Below, piece after piece: positions 1 through 9,123 of a DNA stretch of 64,000 bases. The stretch is from contig JAKPOP010000010.1 of NCBI GenBank assembly GCA_029547805.1, positions 680,452-744,451 on the forward strand, read 5' to 3'. The position numbers and the translations under genes were made by a program. The stretch comes from Deltaproteobacteria bacterium (GTDB taxonomy: Bacteria; Myxococcota_A; UBA9042; DTJE01). Within the stretch, counting starts at the first letter, position 1. Each line of letters opens with the position of its first letter. Below the pieces are notes generated by a model. That model worked only from the letters and a program-made list of their open reading frames with translations. It did not search any database and was not told where the DNA came from.

Positions 1-318
1 TTCCTCCACACCCCCTACCGGGAACAGGTGGAGGCCGAGGGACGGGTGCTGCACAACGACTGGTCCCAGTACACCACCGGCAAGGTGGTCTTCCAGCCGA
101 AGCACATGACCCCGTCCGAACTGCAGGACCTCTACTACTGGGCCTGGGACCGCTTCTACGGCGCCGACGGGCGCCAGACCCGGATGGCCCGGTTGTTCCG
201 CAAGGTGGTCCAGCGGGAGAAGCAGGACGGCACCACGACGATGCCCGACGGCACGGTCCGGGGCTGGGTCCGCCCCGGACAGACGCCTCAGATCCCGGAC
301 TCGCCGGGCCATCCCTAG
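1..318 (+). CDS. C-terminal fragment of a B12-binding/radical-SAM-type enzyme (gene begins upstream of the window)
   Basis: ORF enters from the window edge in frame 1 and stops at 316-318. The tail ...GKVVFQPKHMTPSELQDLYYWAWDRFY... resembles the conserved C-terminal region of B12-binding radical SAM proteins. Confidence 0.4.
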   Translation, partial: FLHTPYREQVEAEGRVLHNDWSQYTTGKVVFQPKHMTPSELQDLYYWAWDRFYGADGRQTRMARLFRKVVQREKQDGTTTMPDGTVRGWVRPGQTPQIPDSPGHP

Positions 319-342
319 GCCCCTCAACGCGTCGGAGGTCCC

Positions 343-1386
343 ATGCGTATCGGCCCGGTTCCCCAGAACCCCTGGGAATGCCTGGGTCTCTGGACCGATC
401 GAGTCCCGACCCCGATCCTGGAGACGTTCCATGGTCTCCTGGTCGCCCGATCCCTGATGGCGGCCTGCCGGTTTGGTCTGCTGGATGCCCTGGCCGAGGC
501 GCCCCGGACACCGGAGGAGGTGGCCCAGGAATGCGGCTGCCAGCCGGAACCCACCCGCAGGCTCCTGGCGGTGCTGACCTCGTTGGGGTATTGCCGCTTC
601 GAGGCCGACCGGGTCCGTTTGACCCCCCTGGCCCGTCGGTGGTTGCTGGCCTCGTCCCCGACCTCGCTCCGGGACTATGTGATCTTCCGTTATCGGGAAT
701 GGGAGTTTGTCGAGGGGCTCGAGGAACACCTCCGAACCGGCCGACCGATGGTGGAATCCTCCCGGATGGACCGGGAGTCCTGGGGCCTCTACCAGCGCGG
801 CATGCGGGCGGTTTCACGCCTCGGGGCGCCGGAGGTCGCCCGGCGCACGCCGGTCCCGGCGTCCCCCCGGAGGCTGCTGGACATCGGAGGCGGCCACGGG
901 GCCCTGGCCGCGGCCTTCTGCCGGCGCCATCCCGGCCTGACCGCCCAGGTCCTCGACCTCCCCGAGGCGGTCGAACACGCCGCCCCCCTGCTGGCCGAGG
1001 AGGGACTCGGAGACCGGGTGTCCCACTGGCCTGGGGACGTCTTCCAGGAGGACCTGGGCGAGGACCGCTACGACGTGATCCTGATGGCGAACTTCCTGCA
1101 TCACTTCCCGGAGCCGACCTGCCGGGACCTGGTGGGCCGGGCGGCCCGGGCCCTGCGGCCCGGCGGCGTGCTGGCCTGCGTGGACTTCTTCCGCCCCGAA
1201 GACGGCCATTCGAACAACCAGATGGTCACGCTGATGCACCTGTATTTCGCGATGACCAGCGGATCGGCGACCTGGACCGCCCGCGAGGTCGCCGGGTGGC
1301 AGCGGGACGCGGCCCTCCTTCCCCACTGCCCGTCGCGGTTGCGCCGCGCACCCGGGGCATCGATCCAGGCGGCGACCAGGCTATAG
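343..1386 (+). CDS. Class I SAM-dependent O-methyltransferase (dimerisation domain + MTase fold)
   Basis: 347 aa with a GGAGG Shine-Dalgarno 5-8 nt upstream. SAM-binding motif LLDIGGGHGALAAAF and acidic D/E after beta-2 (VLDLPE). Overall plant/bacterial O-MT architecture (CrtF/COMT-like). Confidence 0.85.
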   Translation: MRIGPVPQNPWECLGLWTDRVPTPILETFHGLLVARSLMAACRFGLLDALAEAPRTPEEVAQECGCQPEPTRRLLAVLTSLGYCRFEADRVRLTPLARRWLLASSPTSLRDYVIFRYREWEFVEGLEEHLRTGRPMVESSRMDRESWGLYQRGMRAVSRLGAPEVARRTPVPASPRRLLDIGGGHGALAAAFCRRHPGLTAQVLDLPEAVEHAAPLLAEEGLGDRVSHWPGDVFQEDLGEDRYDVILMANFLHHFPEPTCRDLVGRAARALRPGGVLACVDFFRPEDGHSNNQMVTLMHLYFAMTSGSATWTAREVAGWQRDAALLPHCPSRLRRAPGASIQAATRL

Positions 1387-2148
1387 GAACGGATCGGCAT
1401 CTCTCCGGGTATGCAGCAACCGGGTCCAGTTCCGGAAGGGCGTGGTCTCGGTCGAGGCCAGAGTGGCCATTGCCAGCGAATCGAGGATCACCACCGCGTT
1501 GGCCGTGGTGTCCCCCCGCTGGCCCGGAATGGTTCCCAGCCGTTCCGCAAAGGCGCCGTTGAGCAGCGAGACCTCCTCCAGATAGGCCTGGATGGCCCGG
1601 GGATTCCACTCGAACGGAAGGCCCTGCCGTTCCCGGGCCCACTGCTCGAACAGGAACAGGGACAGGAACCGCTGGGTGCTCTCGAACTGGGACTGGAGCG
1701 GCAGGTGGGTCTGCACGAGGGGCCGCATCCGGTCCAGCACCGGGCAGCCCGCGGTGGTCATGTAGATCCCCGCGAGGCTCGATACGGCCTTCTGCAGGTT
1801 CGTCTGGCGCTGGTAGTTGCGATGCTCGGTCTCCACCCACAGGTCCACCGGAGTCCAGGAGACGGCATTCTTGAAGACGGCCGCGAGGTCCGCCAGGGCG
1901 ACGGCCGCCGGACAATGGGAGTGGAGCCGGGGGTCCAGCGGGCAGGGGCGACAGCGATGGTTCTCGAGCCGGGCCCAGTCCGGGGGTGGGTCCACGGGCC
2001 AGGACAGGAGGGCCAGGGTGACACGGTCCAGCACCACGCGAAAGGTCTGTTGCCGGCCGTCCTGGAAGGTCATTCGATACAGGATGATCAGGGGATGGGT
2101 GGACGGCTGGTCCGGAAGCACCTGGCCCGAATTCGGGTCGACATACAT
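1381..2148 (-). CDS. Hypothetical protein with conserved Cys/His cluster (HRCRPCPLDPRLHSHCP)
   Basis: 255-aa ORF with ordinary (not G/P/R-rich) composition. No family recognised. Sits between the O-MT and the kinase. Confidence 0.5.
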   Translation of the reverse strand: MYVDPNSGQVLPDQPSTHPLIILYRMTFQDGRQQTFRVVLDRVTLALLSWPVDPPPDWARLENHRCRPCPLDPRLHSHCPAAVALADLAAVFKNAVSWTPVDLWVETEHRNYQRQTNLQKAVSSLAGIYMTTAGCPVLDRMRPLVQTHLPLQSQFESTQRFLSLFLFEQWARERQGLPFEWNPRAIQAYLEEVSLLNGAFAERLGTIPGQRGDTTANAVVILDSLAMATLASTETTPFRNWTRLLHTRRDADPFL

Positions 2149-2284
2149 GCCTCGGCATCTCCCATGGTTCCTGGTCGGGATTCAGGATAGCGCAGGTCCC
2201 CGGGGGTTGTCGAGGGAGCGACGGCCCCCGGTCCCTGGCGCCCCAAGACGCCCGTCGTCGCGAAAGCCGCCCCTTCGAGGAGCG

Positions 2285-4903
2285 CTACGGACGGCGATGC
2301 CGGGAGGGTTCCCCGGGAACCGGTGGAACCTCCAGCCCCCACTCGGCCAGGGAGACCAACAGCGTCCCCAGGGGCCGGGCGTTCAGGATGCCCGAACTCG
2401 GGGTGGGCGTCGTCGGCCTCTCCCGGGAGAGTCCGTGGAACCACTCCACCCAGTCGTTGGACACCCGGAGGCTCCGGATGGCCAGGTCCACCAGGAAGGC
2501 CAGCGCCTCCATCGTGGGGCCATGGCCACTGTCCAGCAGCATCTGGAAGGTGGTCCGGTCCAGGTCCATCACCTCGCAGGGGCCCACCGCCTGGACCGAG
2601 CAGAGCCGCGGCCCCTGGTCCAGCAGCCCCATCAGGCCCACGACGTTCCCCTCCTCGATCCGACCCGCCTGCCGCGGTGCCCCCTCGTGCTGCAGGTGAA
2701 GGGTCAGGCTGCCCTGGAGGACCAGCGCGGCCCCCCAGGCCCCATCCCCCTCGTGCCAGAACCACTGCCCGGACTCCAGGACCCGCCGGGTCCCCAGGGT
2801 CCCAAAGACCTCCCGGACCTCCTCGGGAATCCGCCTCTCGAGGGTCCGGGGAAGGACCGGGAGGACGAGGCCGTCCCGCCGGGCGGACCGTTGCAGCGTG
2901 TCGAGGATCTCCGAGGCCTGGCGAATCCGCCGGACCAGCTGGGTTCCCACGGTTCGAAGCACCCCCATCCAGGAGAGGGGGTCGTGTTGCCGCAGTTCGT
3001 GCAGCAACACCCGGTCCAGCAGGCAGACCTCCGCATCGTTGTAGGCCTCCACGGTGGCGCTCCGAGGCGCCGGGTCGAGGCAGGCCATCTCGCCGATCAC
3101 GTCCCCGGGCTGGAACATGGCCAGGGCCAGGCGGGACTCCGGGGAACGTTCCACGTCCCGGTAGGCCTTCAACTGGCCCCGGACCACCACCACCATCGTG
3201 TCCCCCGCCTCCCCTTCCCGGAACAGCACCTCGCCGGACTGAACCCGCTGGACCGGAAGGAGTCCTGCCAACCGCATGTACAGGGAATGGAGACCCGCAC
3301 CCCGGGTCAGGCCCAGCAGCCGCAGCGAGGCCTCGTCGAGGATCGAGACGCGTTCCCGACAGCGCACGAGGCGCCGGGAGAAGAACTCCATGTCGGGTCC
3401 GCCGACGGCCCGCAGGGCCCAGCGCTCCCACTGCTCCCGGAGTTCCCGTTCCGCGCCGGAGACCTCTTCCAGGATTCCCTGGAGGTCCCGATCCGCCAGG
3501 ATCTCCTCGGGGCTCCGCCGAATCTCCACGTCGAACATGCCCGCCGGGTCCAGGGAATCGGGATCCTCGGGCCTCCGGGTCCACTGGGCGTCCCCCTGTT
3601 CCACCTCCGCGACAATCCGCGCCAGCCGCTGCCGCTCCCGCTGCACCATCTCCAGCAGGCCATTGATCAGGGCCCGGGCCCCCGGACTGCGCACACGGCC
3701 CATCGAGGACTGGTAGAGCCACCAGACCTTGCCCGTCCGGGGAATCCCCTCCTGGAGGGCCTCCCGAAGAACCTGCTGGATGGCGCTCGTCATCAGGAAC
3801 GGGACGTGGCGGGAGACCTGCCCCCGCTCCAACGGGTTCTCCAGTCCCATCGGGGAGGTCGTCGAGGGCGCCGGGAGGGGCGTCGGACGGCTCGGGATGT
3901 CGGGAATCGGCACGACGACGGTCGGGCCCACCCGGGATTCCCGGGCAGGAACCGCGGCGCCCAGAAGCCTCCGGGCCTCCGAGGCCGTCTGGGGTCGCCG
4001 GTTGGGATCGGTCGCCAGCAGGCTCGCCACCAGGGCGTCCAGCGCCGGGGGCACCTCCGACGCCGGAAGGAGGTCCCGGACCCGGGGTGCGGATCGATGG
4101 AATTTCTTCAACAGGATCGCCAACGAGGAACTGGCCTGGAACGGCAGCTGGCCCGTCAGCAACTCGAAGAGGATCACCCCCAGGGCATAGAGGTCCGACC
4201 GGTGATCCACGGCCTTGCCCTTCGCCTGTTCCGGGCTCATGTAGGCCGGCGTGCCGAAGAGCAGGTTCGGGTCCGACACCCGGGCCTCCAGGTCCAGGAT
4301 CCGGGCCAGCCCGAAGTCCAGTACCTTCACGAACCCCGGAGGTGAATCGAGGAGGAAGATGTTGTCCGGCTTCAGGTCCCGGTGGACCACCCCCTGGCAA
4401 TGGGCATTCTCGATGGCCTCCAGCACCTGATCGATGACCTCGACGACCTCCTCGGTCGGAAGCCGCCCCCCCCGGGAGATCCGATGGTCGGCCAGGCTGC
4501 GACCGACCAGCAACTCCATCACCAGGAAGAACTGGCCGTCGGCGGCCTGGCCGAAGTCGTGGAGCGTGATCACGTGGGGATTCGTGAGGCGGCTGGAGGC
4601 CCGGGCCTCCTGGAAGAAGCGCCGGATCGCATCGGGGTCGTTCATCCGCTCGGGTTTCAGGAGTTTCACCGCCACGTCCCGTTCCATCGACCGCTGGCGG
4701 GCCCGATAGACGGTCCCCATCCCTCCGGACCCCAGGACCTCCACCAGGGTGTAGCGATGGGCGAGCGTGCGGCCCAGGTTCCGATCCCGGTCGTCGATGC
4801 GAAAGGTCGCGGCGCCGTCGAAGGGACACGCCTCCGGTTCCCCCTCGAAGCGGGCGTCACACAGACTGCAATATCGGGCCACGACCGGACCTCCCACCTC
4901 CAT
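2285..4903 (-). CDS. Ser/Thr protein kinase fused to two C-terminal cyclic-nucleotide-binding (cNMP) domains, with an N-terminal Cys-rich zinc-ribbon-like segment
   Basis: 872 aa. Hanks kinase motifs GSGGMGTVY, VAVK, HRDLKPDN, DFG, TPAYMSPE. Two CAP/cNMP-like beta-roll regions (FREGEAGDTMVVVVRGQLKAY... and WHEGDGAWGAALVLQGSLTL...). N-terminus CSLCDARFEGEPEACPFDG. Confidence 0.9.
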   Translation of the reverse strand: MEVGGPVVARYCSLCDARFEGEPEACPFDGAATFRIDDRDRNLGRTLAHRYTLVEVLGSGGMGTVYRARQRSMERDVAVKLLKPERMNDPDAIRRFFQEARASSRLTNPHVITLHDFGQAADGQFFLVMELLVGRSLADHRISRGGRLPTEEVVEVIDQVLEAIENAHCQGVVHRDLKPDNIFLLDSPPGFVKVLDFGLARILDLEARVSDPNLLFGTPAYMSPEQAKGKAVDHRSDLYALGVILFELLTGQLPFQASSSLAILLKKFHRSAPRVRDLLPASEVPPALDALVASLLATDPNRRPQTASEARRLLGAAVPARESRVGPTVVVPIPDIPSRPTPLPAPSTTSPMGLENPLERGQVSRHVPFLMTSAIQQVLREALQEGIPRTGKVWWLYQSSMGRVRSPGARALINGLLEMVQRERQRLARIVAEVEQGDAQWTRRPEDPDSLDPAGMFDVEIRRSPEEILADRDLQGILEEVSGAERELREQWERWALRAVGGPDMEFFSRRLVRCRERVSILDEASLRLLGLTRGAGLHSLYMRLAGLLPVQRVQSGEVLFREGEAGDTMVVVVRGQLKAYRDVERSPESRLALAMFQPGDVIGEMACLDPAPRSATVEAYNDAEVCLLDRVLLHELRQHDPLSWMGVLRTVGTQLVRRIRQASEILDTLQRSARRDGLVLPVLPRTLERRIPEEVREVFGTLGTRRVLESGQWFWHEGDGAWGAALVLQGSLTLHLQHEGAPRQAGRIEEGNVVGLMGLLDQGPRLCSVQAVGPCEVMDLDRTTFQMLLDSGHGPTMEALAFLVDLAIRSLRVSNDWVEWFHGLSRERPTTPTPSSGILNARPLGTLLVSLAEWGLEVPPVPGEPSRHRRP

Positions 4904-5047
4904 GGAATGCTATCCCTTTCTACCGGGGTGGCAAGCGGGATCCCCCGCGTCGCCGGGGCTCCCACCGGGCCCTCCGGCGGCGGGGCCCCTGGAGCCGCCG
5001 GTCCTTGTCTTGCCCGGATCGCACGGGGACTTCCCAACGGCCGGCAC

Positions 5048-5076
5048 TTTCGCTAGCATCCATGCACCAGCATACT
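5048..5076 (+). promoter_or_regulatory. Candidate sigma70-like promoter (TTCGCT-N16-CATACT) for the MBL-fold gene in the divergent kinase/MBL intergenic region
   Basis: Hexamers seen in sequence about 40 nt upstream of ATG 5115. An SD-like GGGAGGAG lies between. Weak match, by eye only. Confidence 0.25.
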
Positions 5077-5114
5077 GGCAGGCTGCAGGGAGGAGTGGCC
5101 GTTCAGGGGGGGGC

Positions 5115-6074
5115 ATGCGCATTCGATTCTATGGTACCCGTGGGTCCTCCCCGGTCTGCAGGGACGGCACCCGGAGGCATGGGGGCAACACCACCTGCCT
5201 GCGGGTCCTGTCCGCCTGCCTGCCGAGGGACACGGCCCTGCTGATCGACGCTGGGAGCGGTCTCGTCGAGGCCGCCCGGGACCTCCGGGCCGAGGGCATC
5301 CGCAAGGTCCTGCTGCTGATGACCCATTACCACCACGATCACACGATGGGATTCCCGATCGCCGGGACGACCCTGGACCCTTCCGTCGAGGTCCATGTCT
5401 TCGGGCCCCGGGAGGATGGCACCGGGCCCCGGGAGGTGTTCGACGCCCTCATGCGCCCCCCTCACTTCCCGGTGCCCTTCTCCCGCATCGAGGGCCACGT
5501 CCGGGTCCACGGCATCGACCAGATGGAGACCCAGCGGCTGCTGGTGCACCGGGAGGCGGGGTTCGTCTGGCAAGCGGCCCCCGGGCCCGACGAGGAGTCG
5601 GGGCCCCGGACCGGACCGGACCAGGACCCCCGTTTCCCGCCGTCCGACTGCCTCCGGGTCCGGATGACCCGGACCGTCCACCCGGAGTACACCGTCAGTT
5701 ACCGACTGGAGGAAGGTCCCACTGGCCGGGTCGCGGCGCTGCTGACGGACCACGAGGCCTCCGATGAGGTCCCGGACCGCCTCCGGACCCATCTCCAGGG
5801 CGTGCACCTGCTGATCCAGGATGCCCAGTACAGCCACTCCCAGTGGAAGGGTTCCAAGGCGGGGTACGGTCATGGCACCGGGGCCTTCGCGGCCCAGGTC
5901 ATGCACGCCGTCGGAGCGGTCCGGCTGGGGCTGACCCACCACGACCCCGAGGCCGACGACCCTCAGGTGGACGCCATCCGCGAGGAGGCCCGCAGGACCC
6001 TGGTGGCCCTGGAAGGCCGGGACCCGGGGGACCTCCTCTTCAGTGCCCGGGACTACCAGGAGGAGGAGGTCTGA
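5115..6074 (+). CDS. MBL-fold metallo-hydrolase, class-II cyclic-nucleotide phosphodiesterase-like (THxHxDH motif)
   Basis: Real start is the internal ATG at 5115 (M117 of track ORF 4767..6074). The upstream part of that ORF is shadow. Motif LLLMTHYHHDHTMGFP is the beta-lactamase-fold zinc motif. 319 aa. Confidence 0.8.
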   Translation: MRIRFYGTRGSSPVCRDGTRRHGGNTTCLRVLSACLPRDTALLIDAGSGLVEAARDLRAEGIRKVLLLMTHYHHDHTMGFPIAGTTLDPSVEVHVFGPREDGTGPREVFDALMRPPHFPVPFSRIEGHVRVHGIDQMETQRLLVHREAGFVWQAAPGPDEESGPRTGPDQDPRFPPSDCLRVRMTRTVHPEYTVSYRLEEGPTGRVAALLTDHEASDEVPDRLRTHLQGVHLLIQDAQYSHSQWKGSKAGYGHGTGAFAAQVMHAVGAVRLGLTHHDPEADDPQVDAIREEARRTLVALEGRDPGDLLFSARDYQEEEV

Positions 6075-6076
6075 CC

Positions 6077-6790
6077 GTGAATCGGGTCGGTCGAGGGCCG
6101 CGGGATGTGCGGGAGGTCCGGATCCGGACCGGGGTCCAGCGGGACCCGGCGGGGTCCGTGGAGGTCACCTTCGGTCAGACCGTGGTGATCGTGGCGGCCA
6201 CCGTCGGGGCATCGGTGCCCCCCTGGCTCCAGGGCAAGAGCCAGGGGTGGGTCACGGCCGAGTACGCGATGCTGCCCGGGGCCACCCCCGAGCGCCAGGG
6301 GCGCGTCCAGAAGGGGCGATCCGAGGAGATCCAGCGCCTCGTGGGACGCTCCCTGCGGGCGGCGGTGGACCTGAAGGCCCTGGGCGAGCGCCTGGTCACG
6401 GTCGATTGCGACGTCCTGCAGGCCGACGGGGGCACCCGGTGCGCCTCCATCACCGGAGGCTGGGTCGCCCTGGCGATGGCCTGCCGTCGCCTGATGGATC
6501 GGGGCCTGTTGGCCGCGTCGCCCATCCGGCATCAGGTCTGCGCCCTCTCGGCGGCGATCGTGGACGGCGAGGTCCTGGTGGACCCGGACTACTCGGAGGA
6601 CCATCGGGCCCAGGCGGACCTGAACTTCGTGATGACCGCCGACGGCCGCCTGGTCGAGGTCCAGGGCACCGCCGAGGGGGACCCCTTCCCCGAGGACCTG
6701 CTCCGGGTCGCCCTCGCCCGGGTCCGGGAGGCCCTGCCGGGGGTCCTGGAGGCCCAGCGGAGGGCCCTTCAGGAAGGGCGGTTCCCCTGA
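6077..6790 (+). CDS. rph: Ribonuclease PH
   Basis: GTG start 2 nt after the MBL stop, with AGGAGGAGG 7 nt upstream. Sequence VNRVGRGPRDVREVRIRTGV...AEGSVEVTFGQTVVI...GGTRCASITGG matches RNase PH. About 237 aa. Confidence 0.85.
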   Translation: MNRVGRGPRDVREVRIRTGVQRDPAGSVEVTFGQTVVIVAATVGASVPPWLQGKSQGWVTAEYAMLPGATPERQGRVQKGRSEEIQRLVGRSLRAAVDLKALGERLVTVDCDVLQADGGTRCASITGGWVALAMACRRLMDRGLLAASPIRHQVCALSAAIVDGEVLVDPDYSEDHRAQADLNFVMTADGRLVEVQGTAEGDPFPEDLLRVALARVREALPGVLEAQRRALQEGRFP

Positions 6791-7449
6791 GGAGGAGGCC
6801 TCGGGCCCCGATCCGGGGAGGACTCGCCACCCCGTTGCACCAGGCGATTCACGGCGCGGTAGTAGTCCACCAGGGAGACCAGGGACCCCAGGGAGACGAG
6901 CACCCCGAGCCCCAGGGCGACGGGCCCCACGAAGGGCCGGAGCGCCTCGACCCAGTGGGAGACCACGAGCCACCCGACGATGGTGTTGGCCGCCACCGCC
7001 AGGGTCAGGGACTTGACCTTGCCCGTGGGCCGGGCCTGCACGACGAACCCTTCCTTCGCCGCCAGCACCCGGAGGGTGCCCACCACCGCCTCCCGGTAGT
7101 AGACCACCACCAGCACCCAGAAGGGGATCAGGCCCACCCACATCAGGCAGAGCAGGGCCCCCACGTGGGAGAGGGCATCGGCCAGGGGGTCCACCAGTTT
7201 GCCCAGGTCCGTGACGATCCCCTGGCGCCGGGCGATCCATCCGTCCACCAGATCCGAGGCCTCCTGGAGGAACATCAGGACCCATGCCGCCATCAGGTAG
7301 CCCACGTTGAGGTCCCGGACCAGTTCCTCGGGGCTGCTGCCGTAGCCGCTTCCCCGGAGCCCCATCCAGAACAGGAACACGAAGATGGGGCTCGCGACCA
7401 GCCGCGCGAAGGAGATCCCGTTGGGCAGATTCGTGGGAATCAGCAACAT
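6769..7449 (-). CDS. pgsA: CDP-alcohol phosphatidyltransferase (PgsA-like CDP-diacylglycerol-glycerol-3-phosphate phosphatidyltransferase)
   Basis: 226-aa polytopic membrane protein with the CDP-OH_P_transf motif DLVDGWIARRQGIVTDLGKLVDPLADAL. Converges on rph with a 22-nt 3' overlap. Confidence 0.8.
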   Translation of the reverse strand: MLLIPTNLPNGISFARLVASPIFVFLFWMGLRGSGYGSSPEELVRDLNVGYLMAAWVLMFLQEASDLVDGWIARRQGIVTDLGKLVDPLADALSHVGALLCLMWVGLIPFWVLVVVYYREAVVGTLRVLAAKEGFVVQARPTGKVKSLTLAVAANTIVGWLVVSHWVEALRPFVGPVALGLGVLVSLGSLVSLVDYYRAVNRLVQRGGESSPDRGPRPPPQGNRPS

Positions 7450-7491
7450 GGCGCGATCCTAGGCCAATCCCTCGGCCTTTTCCAGGCCCCG

Positions 7492-8340
7492 TCACATCGG
7501 AGGCGGGATCCACGCCGGGGGCCTTCCCGGCAGCGGAACCACCAGGGGCGTCACGAAGGGGGGCAGCGGAATGCCCTCGTCGTCCTCGTCGGGGCCTTCC
7601 GCCGACTCCTCCCGGGCCGTCCCAGGGGCCTCCGCCGCCACTTCCCCCGTCGCTTCCGCCTTCCCCGAAGCCGGAGCCTCGGGCCCGATCCCTGCCGGCT
7701 CCCCGCCGGGGGAGGCCCCTCCCGGAGACGTCCCGGAGCCCTCCGCCGCCGGAGGCGATTCCTCGCCAGCGGCCCTGGTCCCCCGCAGAGGCGACGCGGC
7801 CGGTTCCTTCCCTCCCGACGCCTGGAGGGCCGCCAGCAGTTCCTGGACCTCCCGGGGTTCCAGGCGACCGGACCCGACCCAGACCACCCGCTGCCGACCG
7901 TCCAGCAGCACCACCACCGCCGCTCCCGGACCCGAGACACCCAGGGCCCCGGCCGCCAGTCCGCTCCAGTCCGCCCAGAGGGGCTTCCCCAGTTCCCGGG
8001 ACCGGGCCTGCAACTGGGACTGGGCGATGGGTCTGGCCGGCCAGGACCGAAAGGCCCGGAGGTCCACGATGGGCAGCACCAGCAGGCGCGGGGGGAGTTC
8101 CTTCCGCCGGGCCATCGCGATCAGGCGGTCCTTCAGGGCGCGGTTCCAGGCCGCCGTGGAGCGGTCCTCGTAGAGGATCAGGACCGGACGACCCAGGAAG
8201 GACCGGATCCGGACCTCCCGACCTTCGAGGTCCTCGAAGGGGAAGTTGGGCATGCGGCTGCCGACGACCGGGGGCCTCTGACCCAGGACCGCCGGGGCCC
8301 ACAGCAGCACCAGGGCGGCCACCCAGGCCCGGCGTGTCAT
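7492..8340 (-). CDS. Secreted thioredoxin-fold (TlpA/redoxin-like) protein lacking the CxxC motif, with an acidic/Pro-rich C-terminal tail
   Basis: Start is at the signal peptide MTRRAWVAALVLLWAPAVLGQ (M79 of track ORF 7492..8574). The ATG at 8338-8340 overlaps the upstream gene's stop (ATGA). The fold-typical FWATWCxPC region is replaced by YEDRSTAAWN. Confidence 0.6.
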   Translation of the reverse strand: MTRRAWVAALVLLWAPAVLGQRPPVVGSRMPNFPFEDLEGREVRIRSFLGRPVLILYEDRSTAAWNRALKDRLIAMARRKELPPRLLVLPIVDLRAFRSWPARPIAQSQLQARSRELGKPLWADWSGLAAGALGVSGPGAAVVVLLDGRQRVVWVGSGRLEPREVQELLAALQASGGKEPAASPLRGTRAAGEESPPAAEGSGTSPGGASPGGEPAGIGPEAPASGKAEATGEVAAEAPGTAREESAEGPDEDDEGIPLPPFVTPLVVPLPGRPPAWIPPPM

Positions 8341-8825
8341 CCCTCGCTCCCCAATTCCACTGGTTCGGGGATCAGGGACTCCCCGACTCGCCAGACCCGG
8401 ACCAGGCCCGGAGTCATCCCGAATCGCCGGGGCCCGGCGCTGCCGGGATTCAACCACAGAATGCCGTCCTGTTGCCAGGTCTCGAAGCGGTGGGTGTGAC
8501 CGAAGACCACGACCCCGGTCCCAAAGACCCGGGGGTCCAGGTCCAGGTCCTCCCGGCGGTGGATCAGCAACCACGACTGGCCCGCCAGATCCGACGCCTG
8601 CCAGAGGGGCAGGCCCGAGAGGGGCGGCGATCGATCGACGTTCCCCCGGACTGCCGTCACCGGCGCAATCTCCCGGAGGGCCGCCAGAACGGCCGGGGAC
8701 CCGACATCGCCTGCATGGAGGATGTGGCTGGCGCCCCGAAGCGCATCAAGCGCCTCGGGACGCATCAGCCCATGGGTATCGGAGAGGACCCCGACGAACT
8801 CAGTAGCGCCGCGAACCGCGGTCAT
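8337..8825 (-). CDS. Metallophosphoesterase, YfcE/MJ0936-family phosphodiesterase
   Basis: Motifs VLSDTHG, HAGDVG, GNVD, GHTH. Start chosen at the MTAVRG ATG (8825). The ATG at 8849 is an alternative. Overlaps the 3' end of the RRM gene by about 26 nt in another frame. Confidence 0.8.
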   Translation of the reverse strand: MTAVRGATEFVGVLSDTHGLMRPEALDALRGASHILHAGDVGSPAVLAALREIAPVTAVRGNVDRSPPLSGLPLWQASDLAGQSWLLIHRREDLDLDPRVFGTGVVVFGHTHRFETWQQDGILWLNPGSAGPRRFGMTPGLVRVWRVGESLIPEPVELGSEG

Positions 8826-9123
8826 AGCCACCGCCGCCGAAGCCGCCACGGCCGCCGCCGCCCGCCCCGCGCTCCTCGCGCTCCCGGGGCCAGTCCGCCT
8901 TCACCGCCCGACCGTCGATGATCTGGCCGTCCAGCTGCTCCTTCGCCCGGGTCGCCTGCTCCTCGGTGGCGAACGTCACGAATCCGAAGCCCTTGGAACG
9001 ACCGGTGTCCCGATCGACCACCACACGACACTCGGTCACCTCGCCGAACGGCTCGCACGCCGCACGGAGAGAGGCCTCGGTCGTCGCCCATGCCAGACCA
9101 CCCAGGAACAGCTTGTTCTTCAT
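8800..9123 (-). CDS. RRM-domain RNA-binding protein with Gly/Arg-rich C-terminal tail
   Basis: 107 aa. RNP-2 (LFLGGL) and RNP-1 (KGFGFVTF) motifs. Tail RGAGGGGRGGFGGGGYDRGSRRY. SD CAAGGAG upstream of the ATG at 9123. Confidence 0.85.
   Translation of the reverse strand: MKNKLFLGGLAWATTEASLRAACEPFGEVTECRVVVDRDTGRSKGFGFVTFATEEQATRAKEQLDGQIIDGRAVKADWPREREERGAGGGGRGGFGGGGYDRGSRRY

Noticed and set aside
1817-4829. 842-aa (+) and 913-aa (-) ORFs overlapping the Ser/Thr kinase gene
   Set aside because: Alternative-frame or antisense artefacts of a high-GC gene. The kinase frame has all Hanks motifs.
6043-8499. 818-aa (+) and 749-aa (-) ORFs spanning rph/pgsA/thioredoxin-like genes
   Set aside because: Low-complexity Gly/Pro/Arg translation. 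The annotated genes in the other frames carry recognisable family motifs.
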